DNA from: a virus
Taxonomy: Duplodnaviria; Caudoviricetes
Virus record (IMG/VR): IMGVR_UViG_3300021560_000858
Location: 1-41,383 of that record
Reading direction: 5' to 3' (one strand)
DNA: 41,383 nt
A model generated the notes under the pieces. It saw only the letters and a program-made list of their open reading frames with translations. It ran no database searches and was not told where the DNA came from. The translations under genes were made by a program, and so were the position numbers. How positions within the stretch are numbered: position 1 is the first letter of the stretch; each line of letters starts with the position of its first letter. Below, one piece after another: positions 16,888 through 25,720 of the stretch.

Positions 16888-17864
16888 CAGAACGGATTCC
16901 AGGAGAAGCCGACCGCTCGCTGGTAGGGCAGACGCTCGACGGCGCGATCCTTGACCGTCGTCGCGCTCGGCTCCTTGCGAGCGAGCTGCGCCTTGCCGGC
17001 AAGGTACTTGTTCATCCACCGATCGGCGACGGCTGCGCCATCGCCCGGCTTGGAGCCACCCTCGCCGGCCAAAGCCACCAGGTCCGCCTGTCGACTGCGC
17101 GTCGTCTCCTGCTCTTCCATGAGCGTGCTCATAGCGTAGTAGGCCGGCAGCCACATCGCCTGAGGCTCCACGTCGCTCAGGCTCTGGTAGGGAGCGTTGA
17201 AGGTCAGACGGACCGTTGACCCCGGCGGCCACGCCTGCGACACCTTGAGAATCCCCTCGTTCGCCCCCACCGTATCCCACAACCCACTGTCGAAGTAAGT
17301 GATGATGCCCGAAGGCGGAGCTACCTCCATGCTCAGCACTTCGGTTCGAGGATCGTTGAAGATCGCGGCAAGAGCATACTCCGTGGTAGTCGGTGTCAGT
17401 ACCACCGTAGTCAGGTCCACCGCCTCCTGATACAACTCGGGATAGAGCTGATTCATGCCCTCCGTAAGAGCATCCAGAATGGCCTGAGTCGAAAACCTGG
17501 CGGCCTGGTAAGTCGTCAGGATGGGAGCACTCGCCGGAGGTACGGTCCCAAAGATGAGCTCGCCCGTATCAGTAATGACATTGACCTGTCCCGGAGTCGG
17601 GAAGATCAAGGAATCATAGAGGACCGTCACCGGTGCTCCATTGACGGTCACCGATGCCCCAGCGCCAGGCTGGAGCATCTCCTTGGTCGGATTCACCACC
17701 GGCGCCCTGGTCGTTCTCCAGGGAGCCGACCCGGCGGCCAGGCCGCCAGTCTGACCATCTCCCGTAAACGAGTCCTTGAAGGTGACGGGCGTGTCCTTCA
17801 GGTCACGTCGCACCCGGGCGATAAAGAAAGAATCAGGATTGCCGTTCGGCGATGGAGTAGGCAT
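16887..17864 (-). CDS. Putative head-tail adaptor
   Basis: RVRRDLKD...FSTQAILDALTEGMNQLYP...TTEYAL pattern; first gene after the capsid operon terminator. Confidence 0.55.
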   Translation of the reverse strand: MPTPSPNGNPDSFFIARVRRDLKDTPVTFKDSFTGDGQTGGLAAGSAPWRTTRAPVVNPTKEMLQPGAGASVTVNGAPVTVLYDSLIFPTPGQVNVITDTGELIFGTVPPASAPILTTYQAARFSTQAILDALTEGMNQLYPELYQEAVDLTTVVLTPTTTEYALAAIFNDPRTEVLSMEVAPPSGIITYFDSGLWDTVGANEGILKVSQAWPPGSTVRLTFNAPYQSLSDVEPQAMWLPAYYAMSTLMEEQETTRSRQADLVALAGEGGSKPGDGAAVADRWMNKYLAGKAQLARKEPSATTVKDRAVERLPYQRAVGFSWNPF

Positions 17865-17892
17865 GTTCTCGTCGATAGCGCTCTGCGGTCAC

Positions 17893-17930
17893 GCGAAAGC
17901 CCCGGCCCCGAAAGGGGAGCCGGGGCTTCT
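17893..17930 (-). terminator. Probable terminator ending the capsid operon
   Basis: Minus-strand hairpin AAGCCCCGGC-TCCCCTTTCGGG-GCCGGGGCTT followed by TCG. Confidence 0.6.
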
Positions 17931-17972
17931 CGTTCTCACTCAACAAGGGGAGCGGAGCACCACCCGCGCGGG

Positions 17973-18137
17973 TTAGTGCTTCTTGCCCTTGCGACCGCGC
18001 TTGAAGCGCACCTGCCGCTCACCTCCTTTCTTGGATTTTGCCTGACCCTCTGGACCCGTACCAGAGTCGACGGACAGAGGCACATCCTGTTTCTGTCCCT
18101 CGAAGCTGTACGAGTAGGGAGCTCCAACCTGAGCCAC
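17973..18137 (-). CDS. 54-aa protein with basic tail (...KRGRKGKKH)
   Basis: GTG lies 1 nt after the upstream stop. Confidence 0.6.
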   Translation of the reverse strand: MAQVGAPYSYSFEGQKQDVPLSVDSGTGPEGQAKSKKGGERQVRFKRGRKGKKH

Positions 18138-18138
18138 G

Positions 18139-18282
18139 TCAGTAGACCTTGGCGCCAGCCTTGCCCTTGCGCCCGCCGCCGACACCCTTGCCGCGAGGCA
18201 GAGCACTCACGCGAACGCCGAGCCGCTTGCTGCGCCGACCACTGCCGACGCTGGCCCTGCGCACGCTCAGCTTGCGCGCCAC
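18139..18282 (-). CDS. 47-aa very basic protein MARKLSVRRASVGSGRRSKRLGVRVSALPRGKGVGGGRKGKAGAKVY
   Basis: Translated by hand; fills the gap exactly between its neighbours; has no acidic residue. Confidence 0.55.
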   Translation of the reverse strand: MARKLSVRRASVGSGRRSKRLGVRVSALPRGKGVGGGRKGKAGAKVY

Positions 18283-18534
18283 CTACGGACCCTTGCCACT
18301 GTTGTGGTGGAGACCGAACTTGCCGCTAGGCGCGTCCAGCACACCCGTCGGCTGGAAGCTTTCGGGCGTAAGACCCGGGCCGACCTGCGTGAACGTACCA
18401 GGCACCTGGCGCGGGTTTCCGTCGCTCGGCGGAAGCTGGCGACGAAGCTGGCGATCGAGACCGCGCATGTGACTGTCGTTCGGGAAGTACCCCGGAGCAC
18501 TTCCAATGCCTGGAGCGTCACTGGTGTGTGCCAT
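18283..18534 (-). CDS. Hypothetical late protein (83 aa)
   Basis: TACAAT -10-like box lies 6 nt before the ATG. Confidence 0.6.
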   Translation of the reverse strand: MAHTSDAPGIGSAPGYFPNDSHMRGLDRQLRRQLPPSDGNPRQVPGTFTQVGPGLTPESFQPTGVLDAPSGKFGLHHNSGKGP

Positions 18535-18552
18535 AACAGTATTGTACTCCCC

Positions 18553-19299
18553 TTACAGGTTGTTCGGATTGAGGTCGTTCGTGATCCCGAAGCCGCGCTG
18601 GGCTTCCAGCCAGCTCGACGGGAACGGATCGGCGATGAAGTAGGCTTGCTGGGCGGCAGGCGTCGCCGACCAGGCCGCGTCGAGCGTGAGCTGAGTGGCG
18701 GTGTTCGAGACGACCTGCCTCACCTGGTTCGCCACGTACACCCACCTGCCACGCCACTGGTTGACGATCCACGTCTTGCCCGTGTCCACGAGAGCGTTCG
18801 CGGGACCAGCGGCGTAACTCACCGTGGCCCCCTGGTTCTGCTCCGCCACGCCCAGGATCACATAGCCCGCGCCCGCGCCCGGAGTGGACGCCCAGTTCGA
18901 CTTGTTGGTCGCTACCGTGGCCGTGTTCGAACTGACCACGTTGTACTGACCTGAGTCGGTCATCACGCCGTATGCCTCCCCCGCCCCCGCCGCTCCGAAC
19001 TGGTTGGTGACCCAGTTCTGGTTCGTGTCCGTGAAGGTGCCGGCCGCGTACGTCACCGCCCCGCCCGACCCGTATCGAGTCGAGCCGACGCTGAGGAACG
19101 GGGCCGGCTTGTTCACGCCACCGGAACGATGCCCAAGTAGCATCTCCATGAAGCTACCACTCGGGATCGCCGCCGCCTGCGGAGCGCCACCGGCCACAGA
19201 GCCCGCGCGCGGCTGCTCAGCCGTATTGTCCACCCAGATGTGAAGATTCGCGTTCTCACCCTTCACGCCAACCTGCACGGGTCCCGTCGGCCAAGGCAT
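18553..19299 (-). CDS. Putative capsid decoration or virion protein with two repeated beta domains
   Basis: Internal repeat TFTDTNQNWVTNQF...VVSSNTAT / LVDTGKTWIVNQW...VVSNTAT. Confidence 0.6.
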   Translation of the reverse strand: MPWPTGPVQVGVKGENANLHIWVDNTAEQPRAGSVAGGAPQAAAIPSGSFMEMLLGHRSGGVNKPAPFLSVGSTRYGSGGAVTYAAGTFTDTNQNWVTNQFGAAGAGEAYGVMTDSGQYNVVSSNTATVATNKSNWASTPGAGAGYVILGVAEQNQGATVSYAAGPANALVDTGKTWIVNQWRGRWVYVANQVRQVVSNTATQLTLDAAWSATPAAQQAYFIADPFPSSWLEAQRGFGITNDLNPNNL

Positions 19300-19301
19300 G
19301 A

Positions 19302-19484
19302 CTACTTCTTCCCCGAGTGTTTGCCCTTGCGACCAGCATGGCGCTTGCCCTTCTTGCCAGCGTGGCCGGCGGGATGCGCGTTCTGCATGGCCATGGCCAT
19401 CGCCGCCGCCTGCGCGGTCGGGTCTCCACCCACAGCCGGACTCGGGCCACCGCCCTGCGGCATCATCGACGGCGGCTGATCCAT
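19302..19484 (-). CDS. 60-aa protein with basic tail (HAGKKGKRHAGRKGKHSGKK)
   Basis: Coupled to the upstream stop. Confidence 0.6.
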   Translation of the reverse strand: MDQPPSMMPQGGGPSPAVGGDPTAQAAAMAMAMQNAHPAGHAGKKGKRHAGRKGKHSGKK

Positions 19485-19693
19485 CACTGACCCATCCCCC
19501 TGTGACCCTTTCGCCCTCGACGCGTACCCATCGAGCCCACATTCAGATCGGCACGGTGCTCGGCATGAGCTCTGTCGCGCTGTCCGCCGGTCATGACCTC
19601 GCTGCCGGCCTCGACTCGACGTGTTCGGCCTTTCTGGGCCGCCACCCCCATCGACTCTTCGGCCATCGCCATCGGCGTCGACTTGCCGTTCAT
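19484..19693 (-). CDS. 69-aa basic protein (...TRRGRKGHRGMGQ)
   Basis: ATGA overlap at 19690-19693. Confidence 0.55.
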   Translation of the reverse strand: MNGKSTPMAMAEESMGVAAQKGRTRRVEAGSEVMTGGQRDRAHAEHRADLNVGSMGTRRGRKGHRGMGQ

Positions 19694-20472
19694 ACCAGCT
19701 CCAGCATAGCAAACAAGATGTTGCCCTGGACGTTGAGTGTCGCCGCGTTCGTGTTGTTCAGCTCGCCAACTACGAAATCCCCGTTGAAGAGGAGGAACAC
19801 ATTGGTGAGTGCGACGCCAGTGTCGCGAGTCAGGCCACGCCCCGTGGTCGCGGTAATCGGTGCCTGATCGATGAAGTTGGCGGCTGTGGTGATGTTGAGC
19901 GTCGCCTCTGTCGTAAGGCCACCGGTCACCGTAGTGACGCAGTTCTGAACTCTCACGTTGATCGTCGCGGTGGCCGGCGGCTGATACACCGCGCCGCCAC
20001 CCGTCGAATGTACGATGAAGACCCCAGCGCAACAGACCAGAGCCTGGCGCCCAGAACCGACCTGCCGGTCGCCGACCGCCGCCGTAAGCGTCCCTCCGGG
20101 GTCCTGGAAAGGCTCGGCGTCCGGTGATCCTAGAGCGGTGAAAGGATTGACAAGCGGGAAGATGTTGAAGCCCGTGCGCACGAACGCGTTCTGGGCGACC
20201 GAGGTGTTCACCCCGAAATCTGCCACGGGCAATGTATCCACATCCCAACTCGACGTGCCACCCGTGCCAGCAAGGTCGCCTTGGCTGAGCGCCCAGCGAT
20301 CCTTGTACAGGCCACCACTCACCGGCAACGGGTACCCCCGCCGACGGGCCAGGTCGACCTTCTCTCCCCACTCGCACAGCTCCGCCCACGCCTCATTGCG
20401 CTCGCTGATGCGGTAAAGGCGATCGAGCCGACGCGGCGTCCAGATCCGAGGATCGAGATCGCTCGTCCTCAT
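19690..20472 (-). CDS. Putative virion protein downstream of the capsid gene (260 aa)
   Basis: TGATG coupling to the capsid gene; beta-rich C-terminal half. Confidence 0.6.
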   Translation of the reverse strand: MRTSDLDPRIWTPRRLDRLYRISERNEAWAELCEWGEKVDLARRRGYPLPVSGGLYKDRWALSQGDLAGTGGTSSWDVDTLPVADFGVNTSVAQNAFVRTGFNIFPLVNPFTALGSPDAEPFQDPGGTLTAAVGDRQVGSGRQALVCCAGVFIVHSTGGGAVYQPPATATINVRVQNCVTTVTGGLTTEATLNITTAANFIDQAPITATTGRGLTRDTGVALTNVFLLFNGDFVVGELNNTNAATLNVQGNILFAMLELV

Positions 20473-21746
20473 CAGACCGCGAACCCGAACATCGCCTGGT
20501 GCGAATAACCAAAGTCGGTCCCGGTGTTCCTGATGTCCCAGGTCATCTTCATGATCAGTGACACCAGATCCGCGTCCTTGAGCGTCCCTGCGGTCAGCAG
20601 GTAGCAGAACTGATCCAGGAACGGCACCGTCGCGATCCGATCCAGGTCGAGCGCCATCAGCACCGGCAGAGGCGTCGTCGCTCCCGGAGCCGGTCCCGGC
20701 ATATAGCCGTCCATGACCAGGCGAACCACCTGCTCGCCCACCGACGGCTGCACCGCTCGCACCAGGAACCCGCGCACGTCTTCGTTCTGGTTGAGCCTGA
20801 ACTGATCGCGATATATACGCCCTATCCGGTCGATGACCGTTGGGGACCCCACCAGACAGTCAGGGATCTCCGCGCCCTGGAGCAGGATGTTGATGAACAG
20901 ACTGTTCAGCAACAGCTCGGACAGAGTCGCGTTGTTCGCGTTGAAGGTAACGCTGGTCGCGTTGAACGCGGGGCTCGTAAAGCCCAGCGCCGCCATCAAC
21001 CCCCACGGCGTCGGCGTCTCGGTCTGCGTCCCCGCCGGCGTCCCCACGCCACCGATCAGCGTCCGGTTGAGGTCGATCAGCGCTTCCAGAAACCTGTTGT
21101 GAAGCTGCGTGGCCATGACGTTGGGCATGCCCACCACCAGACCATGCTTGGACAGCGCGAAAAGCGAACCAGTGATCTGCACGTCCTTGCGGATCGTGTA
21201 GATCAAGTTGCTCTTGATTCCCGGCACCCTGGACTGATCGCGACCGAAGTCGCTGCCCTGGATGTTCGGCGTCATCACCACTTCATAGACCGCCGCGCTG
21301 GCGTGGGTGGTAGCCGTCGTACCGTTGATGCCCCGGGCGATGGTCAGCGTCGCCGTGCCACCCGAGATCGAAATGCCCTGGACCTGAATGTACTCAGAGG
21401 CGTTGAACGCCTGGCTCTGGTCCCGGATGACGTCATTGGGGTTCAGGTTGTTGGCATCGGCGGCGCTGATGGTCATCGTCGTGACCACCGCGTTGATGCC
21501 ACCGGTGGTGTCCGTGACCGTGCGGGAGTTCAGGCGATCTTCGGGCCAGTAGTGCAGGAGCTGCATGGCAGCCGCGCCCGCGCCCGTACCGCCGCCGCCG
21601 TACATCCCGATCGGAATGGCTGACAGCAGATTCGGCCGAAGATACAGCGCCGCGAACAGCGTATCGGACATCTCGGTCCGAATCGTGCCCGGGGTAAAGT
21701 CGTTCTCGCTTAGGCCAGCATGTGTGAATAGCTGAGCGCCCGCCAT
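20472..21746 (-). CDS. Major capsid protein (SU10/DUF5309-like) with an inserted beta domain
   Basis: 424 aa with strong SD. HYWPEDRL, SNLIYTIRKDVQITGS and GLMAA patterns; insertion E.I.V...TIARGINGTTATTH. Confidence 0.75.
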   Translation of the reverse strand: MAGAQLFTHAGLSENDFTPGTIRTEMSDTLFAALYLRPNLLSAIPIGMYGGGGTGAGAAAMQLLHYWPEDRLNSRTVTDTTGGINAVVTTMTISAADANNLNPNDVIRDQSQAFNASEYIQVQGISISGGTATLTIARGINGTTATTHASAAVYEVVMTPNIQGSDFGRDQSRVPGIKSNLIYTIRKDVQITGSLFALSKHGLVVGMPNVMATQLHNRFLEALIDLNRTLIGGVGTPAGTQTETPTPWGLMAALGFTSPAFNATSVTFNANNATLSELLLNSLFINILLQGAEIPDCLVGSPTVIDRIGRIYRDQFRLNQNEDVRGFLVRAVQPSVGEQVVRLVMDGYMPGPAPGATTPLPVLMALDLDRIATVPFLDQFCYLLTAGTLKDADLVSLIMKMTWDIRNTGTDFGYSHQAMFGFAV

Positions 21747-22055
21747 TTACCGGCCTCCTCCCGTGATCTGCGAAGCGGCGAAACGCCGTGAGTATTCAAC
21801 GATGGACTGCGGAGGAATCTGCGGACCGACGCACGGGACCGCGCTCACCTGCCTCTGGCAACCCGGACAGACCGGGCATCCCCGATCGTCATCGACCCCG
21901 AAGATACGACCTGCATCCAATGGCTGCTGGGAGTAGGGCAGTACTCCGGGATGGAACTCTTCTAGACAGTAGTAGTAGTTGCTCACCGTCACCGGATCGG
22001 ACGCATCGCCCGCTCGCTGCGGCATATCGGCGGGAATCCCAGGAAGCCTCTGCAT
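21747..22055 (-). CDS. Cys-containing hypothetical protein (102 aa)
   Basis: TGATG coupling; C...H...CPVCPGC. Confidence 0.55.
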   Translation of the reverse strand: MQRLPGIPADMPQRAGDASDPVTVSNYYYCLEEFHPGVLPYSQQPLDAGRIFGVDDDRGCPVCPGCQRQVSAVPCVGPQIPPQSIVEYSRRFAASQITGGGR

Positions 22056-22552
22056 CAGCCCGAATTGTTGGAGTACAGAGCTTTCACCGCGCTGGCGTAG
22101 CCACCCGACACGCCCGTGAGGCCATTGCCGAGGTCGACCTCCCGACGCGGAGCGTTTTGAGACAGCCACAACACTTCAGCCCTGCTCGCCAACCCCTGCG
22201 CCATCTTGTCGCGGATCTCGTTGGCTCGCATCACGTCCGCCGACCCCTGCTGAAGCATGTCGTTCGGGGCTGGCGTCGGGGTAGCCGTCGTCTCGGACGG
22301 GGCGGGGGCCGGAACCGCTGACGGCTGAGGTGTCGGCGGCGCCGGGAACTGCTCCGCCAACTTCGCCCCAAACGCCGCGATCTGATCCGGACCACCCTGG
22401 AAATCTTCCAGAAGACCATACTGGCGCAGGTGCGGATGCTCAGCGTAAACCGCGAGTCGAGCCTGGACTAGCTGACCCTCCACGTTCTGTCGTTGAAGGT
22501 CCTGGATCTGCTGTTGCAGAGTCGCGATCTGCGCGTTCGGATCTTCGCTCAT
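22055..22552 (-). CDS. Putative capsid scaffolding protein
   Basis: N-terminal coiled coil, Pro/Thr linker, position upstream of the capsid gene. Confidence 0.55.
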   Translation of the reverse strand: MSEDPNAQIATLQQQIQDLQRQNVEGQLVQARLAVYAEHPHLRQYGLLEDFQGGPDQIAAFGAKLAEQFPAPPTPQPSAVPAPAPSETTATPTPAPNDMLQQGSADVMRANEIRDKMAQGLASRAEVLWLSQNAPRREVDLGNGLTGVSGGYASAVKALYSNNSG

Positions 22553-22953
22553 CTGGCCTCCGCGACCACCCTTGTGAAGTCGCCTCCCTCTGGCTCTTCA
22601 CGCACTTTGACACGCTTCATCAGCGGTCCGTTCCACGTAACCCCCTGACGCACGATACTGCCATCAGACCGACGATCGACCTCGGTCGTCTGGTATACCT
22701 CGCCTCGCACGAACATAGGAACCGGAGCTCCATACCGCTCCGCGTCAGGGCTATCCTGATGGCCGAGGGTCTTGAGCACGCCTCGCGCCTGCCTGAGCTG
22801 AGCTTGAATCTGCGCTGTATCGCGATCGACTCCCTCTTCAGTCATCAAGCGAGCAATCAACTCATCGCGCAGCAACGCCTGATTGGACGCCCTCTCCGAG
22901 AGGTCACTAGCCACGTTGGTAGCGCTACATCCCATTGCCCAGATCCGACCCAT
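22549..22953 (-). CDS. Hypothetical protein
   Basis: Extended -10 TGTTACACT at 22966-22974 on the - strand; ATGA overlap with the scaffold gene. Confidence 0.55.
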   Translation of the reverse strand: MGRIWAMGCSATNVASDLSERASNQALLRDELIARLMTEEGVDRDTAQIQAQLRQARGVLKTLGHQDSPDAERYGAPVPMFVRGEVYQTTEVDRRSDGSIVRQGVTWNGPLMKRVKVREEPEGGDFTRVVAEAR

Positions 22954-23130
22954 CGCTGATCGGATAGTGTAACAGAACTGGATCAGGTTGTGGAATCCGG
23001 CTCCGGGATCACAGCCCCGCACACAGAGCAAGCCACGTCCCCCGCATGCTCTGGGAAGGCAATCCCCATTGGAGTCACCATTGCCTGACAAGCATCGCAC
23101 CAGCGACGACCGGCCATCTGTACATTGGGG

Positions 23131-23478
23131 TCAGTCCTGGATTCCATCTTTCCTGTTCACGTTGGGCGATGTGTGGTACGGCTGCCCCGCCAACGGGTCC
23201 GGCGGCCAACCTCCCGTGAAGTACGGCGTCCCCGGTATGAAGATGTTGACCTGTGGCAATCCCGGGAAAGGGACATTCTGAAGCCGCTGACTGCCAAGGT
23301 AGTTCCAAGCTCCAGTGTCCATGAACCCGTCCGGACTCACCTGGCGAATAGCCCCCGACGGAACCGTAGCATTACCCGCACTGACATTGGTGGTGCCAGG
23401 CTGCAACGGTGGCGCGATCTTGCTGTCGATGAAATATCGACGACCGTTGTTGGGATCTATCCAGCACTGCCTGGCCAC
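23131..23478 (-). CDS. Hypothetical Pro/Gly-rich protein
   Basis: ORF in the late operon; start may be 23478 or 23538. Confidence 0.55.
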   Translation of the reverse strand: MARQCWIDPNNGRRYFIDSKIAPPLQPGTTNVSAGNATVPSGAIRQVSPDGFMDTGAWNYLGSQRLQNVPFPGLPQVNIFIPGTPYFTGGWPPDPLAGQPYHTSPNVNRKDGIQD

Positions 23479-23558
23479 GTCACCAAGCCTACCATCAGAC
23501 AGATGATGCCAACCAGGAAGAAGGCCATCCCCAGCCAATAGAGCTCACGCCAGCTCAT
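23457..23558 (-). CDS. 33-aa membrane microprotein
   Basis: ATGA overlap; hydrophobic segment YWLGMAFFLVGIICLMVGLVTW. Confidence 0.5.
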   Translation of the reverse strand: MSWRELYWLGMAFFLVGIICLMVGLVTWPGSAG

Positions 23559-24364
23559 CGAGCCTCCGTCGCACCAGGCGTCGGAGCGGCCTGGAGCACG
23601 GCCTCGCGGCCCGTCCTGTTCAGTGTCATGGTGCCAGTATTGAATCGGAACCAGGACGCCAACGTCCCGGTATCCACCGGAGCCGACCCGTACAGACTCG
23701 CGAAGGTCTGAGAAGCTTGCTGCTCCCCCTGTCCCTGGGCCAGCCACGGCTGCGCCGCCACCAGCGCCTGATCCTGTTGAAGCGTCTGAAGTATCTGAGT
23801 CTGCGACCAATTGCCCTTCAAGGCATTCCAAAAAGTGTTCTGCAAAGAACTCAACCCGGACGCGACCGATGGAGTAGTCCAATTACCCAACTGCGAGATA
23901 TCCACCTGTTGTCCTACCAGCAACTGCATCGCAGACTGAAGCGTGTCCACTCGCTGAGTATACGTCGTAGCGTCGAGACCAAACTGCGCCCAAGGATGGG
24001 ATTTGAGAACGTCGGCTCCAACCAACCCTGACCACCTCACCAACGACTCGGCAGCTCCCTGTGGGTTGCTGGTCAAGTGGTTGCTCAGGATATACAAAGT
24101 CACCGAATTGGCGTCGACCCCGCGCGGGAAGTCCAGGTTGGCCAGGAACTGCTGAGCGATCTGCCTCGCGGCATCGACCTCCGGACCCACGTAGGCGCCG
24201 AAGATATCCGGCGGAGGGGTCGGCGGAGGAGCCGGCGGATGGCCAGGCGAAGAAGACCGTCCACCCGCGTACGAACCTCTGGCGGCCGGGCCCGGGTTTG
24301 CCCTGACCGGTTTCGGAGGAAAGTACTCGACCGAACCACTATCGCCCTGGTACAGGTTAGGCAC
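23555..24364 (-). CDS. Putative internal virion/ejection protein
   Basis: Q/A-rich helical ORF in the cluster after the 1683-aa gene; GTG start after GGAGAG. Confidence 0.5.
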   Translation of the reverse strand: MPNLYQGDSGSVEYFPPKPVRANPGPAARGSYAGGRSSSPGHPPAPPPTPPPDIFGAYVGPEVDAARQIAQQFLANLDFPRGVDANSVTLYILSNHLTSNPQGAAESLVRWSGLVGADVLKSHPWAQFGLDATTYTQRVDTLQSAMQLLVGQQVDISQLGNWTTPSVASGLSSLQNTFWNALKGNWSQTQILQTLQQDQALVAAQPWLAQGQGEQQASQTFASLYGSAPVDTGTLASWFRFNTGTMTLNRTGREAVLQAAPTPGATEAR

Positions 24365-24977
24365 TGCCCGACTCTCCGTAGTGGGCATGCATGTCATCGG
24401 CCGTGTACCCCGCCACCGCGAATCGAGACACCTCTTCGTGATTCGGAGTGCGCCCGTACTGCCGCGCGATAGGCTCGGCGGCACGGTAATGCTTGACCAT
24501 CTCCCCGGCCGTGACTTCCTCATACCCAGGATAGGGATGATCCATGTAATAGGTATGGATATCCTTCGGACTGGCCGCTTTGAGCGTGGCGATCTGCTGG
24601 ATCGTGGGGTCCTGCCCGAGCAGGCGATTCGACACCGGCCTAGCCACGCTCCAGGTCTGCTCGAACTCCGACGGCGAAATCCCCGCTTGCTTCAACGTCT
24701 GCGCCGCGTGCGTCACGTCAGCTCCCGTCGGCTGTCTGTCGTTGAGCTGCCAGGCGACTCTCTCGTACGCCTGATACTCATTGACCTTCAAAGCGGGGGC
24801 AGCCGGATGAGGTTGATTGCCGTAGTAGTCGGCCACATGCTTCGCCACGCTGGCCTGGCTGAAGTCAGGTCTCCCCCCCTCCCCCGCCGACGCGACGATC
24901 GCCTGATGAATCGCCACGATCTCGTCAGGATGAGGATACACAGGCTGAGCGGCGACCACTTTCGGAATCTGGATCAC
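24357..24977 (-). CDS. Putative internal virion protein
   Basis: GTGA overlap at 24974-24977; call rests on context. Confidence 0.5.
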   Translation of the reverse strand: MIQIPKVVAAQPVYPHPDEIVAIHQAIVASAGEGGRPDFSQASVAKHVADYYGNQPHPAAPALKVNEYQAYERVAWQLNDRQPTGADVTHAAQTLKQAGISPSEFEQTWSVARPVSNRLLGQDPTIQQIATLKAASPKDIHTYYMDHPYPGYEEVTAGEMVKHYRAAEPIARQYGRTPNHEEVSRFAVAGYTADDMHAHYGESGSA

Positions 24978-25720
24978 TGCTTGAAATTGCCCCAGACTTG
25001 TTGTGTCCACTGGTTGGCCGCGTCCCACGCGGCTCCGTACTGGTCCTTGGGAAGGTCATTGGCTGGGTGGTTGAAGAACCAGTTCTGTATCGCGGCAGGC
25101 TCGGTGATCCCCTGAGCGACCCAATCAGTGATCAAACTATCAGGAATCGGACGTCCGAAGTACTGCTGACCGAGCTTGTTGCCCGTCGTCAACATATCTT
25201 CGTATGTACCAATATTGATGGGAGTCCCATCAGGTTGCTTGATGTGACTGGGCATCTGCACCAGGACCTGATTGAGCTGGTCAGTGTTCTGGATGCCCAT
25301 GTCGTGAAAGACACGGGCCTGGGCGAAATCAGCATGAGATCCGAACAACTTCACCCACACCGCATCCACAAGCTGATAGTAGTGATCCTCGGCCGACCCT
25401 ATCGTGATCGAAACCCCGTCCGGAGTCGTGTACGTATTGGAAGCCGCCGTCCCGCCGGACGCGGTCCCGCCCGAAGCACCTCCCAGCATCTGGAGAAGAC
25501 TACTCAGATCCTGATTGCCTGGAGATTGAGGCTGCGCGCCTCCAGGAGCTGGCGCTTGTCCGGAAGTGTCGACCGTGCCTCCAGCAAGCCCCTGGAACCA
25601 CCCGCCCACCGTATTGGCCAACGACTGTATCCCCGCCTCCCACGAGGAAGGATCGATACCGCTCGGAAACGCAAACCCGCCAACGCCACCGCTACTCCAG
25701 TTATCCCACGGGCTGGCCAT
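24974..25720 (-). CDS. Putative internal virion protein (248 aa)
   Basis: SD GGAGG; Gly-rich N-terminus; call rests on context. Confidence 0.55.
   Translation of the reverse strand: MASPWDNWSSGGVGGFAFPSGIDPSSWEAGIQSLANTVGGWFQGLAGGTVDTSGQAPAPGGAQPQSPGNQDLSSLLQMLGGASGGTASGGTAASNTYTTPDGVSITIGSAEDHYYQLVDAVWVKLFGSHADFAQARVFHDMGIQNTDQLNQVLVQMPSHIKQPDGTPINIGTYEDMLTTGNKLGQQYFGRPIPDSLITDWVAQGITEPAAIQNWFFNHPANDLPKDQYGAAWDAANQWTQQVWGNFKQ

Noticed and set aside
15790-17280. 496-aa version of the ClpX-like ORF
   Set aside because: The extension overlaps the adaptor gene by about 390 nt. ATG 16887, coupled to the adaptor stop, matches the start of the AAA+ domain.
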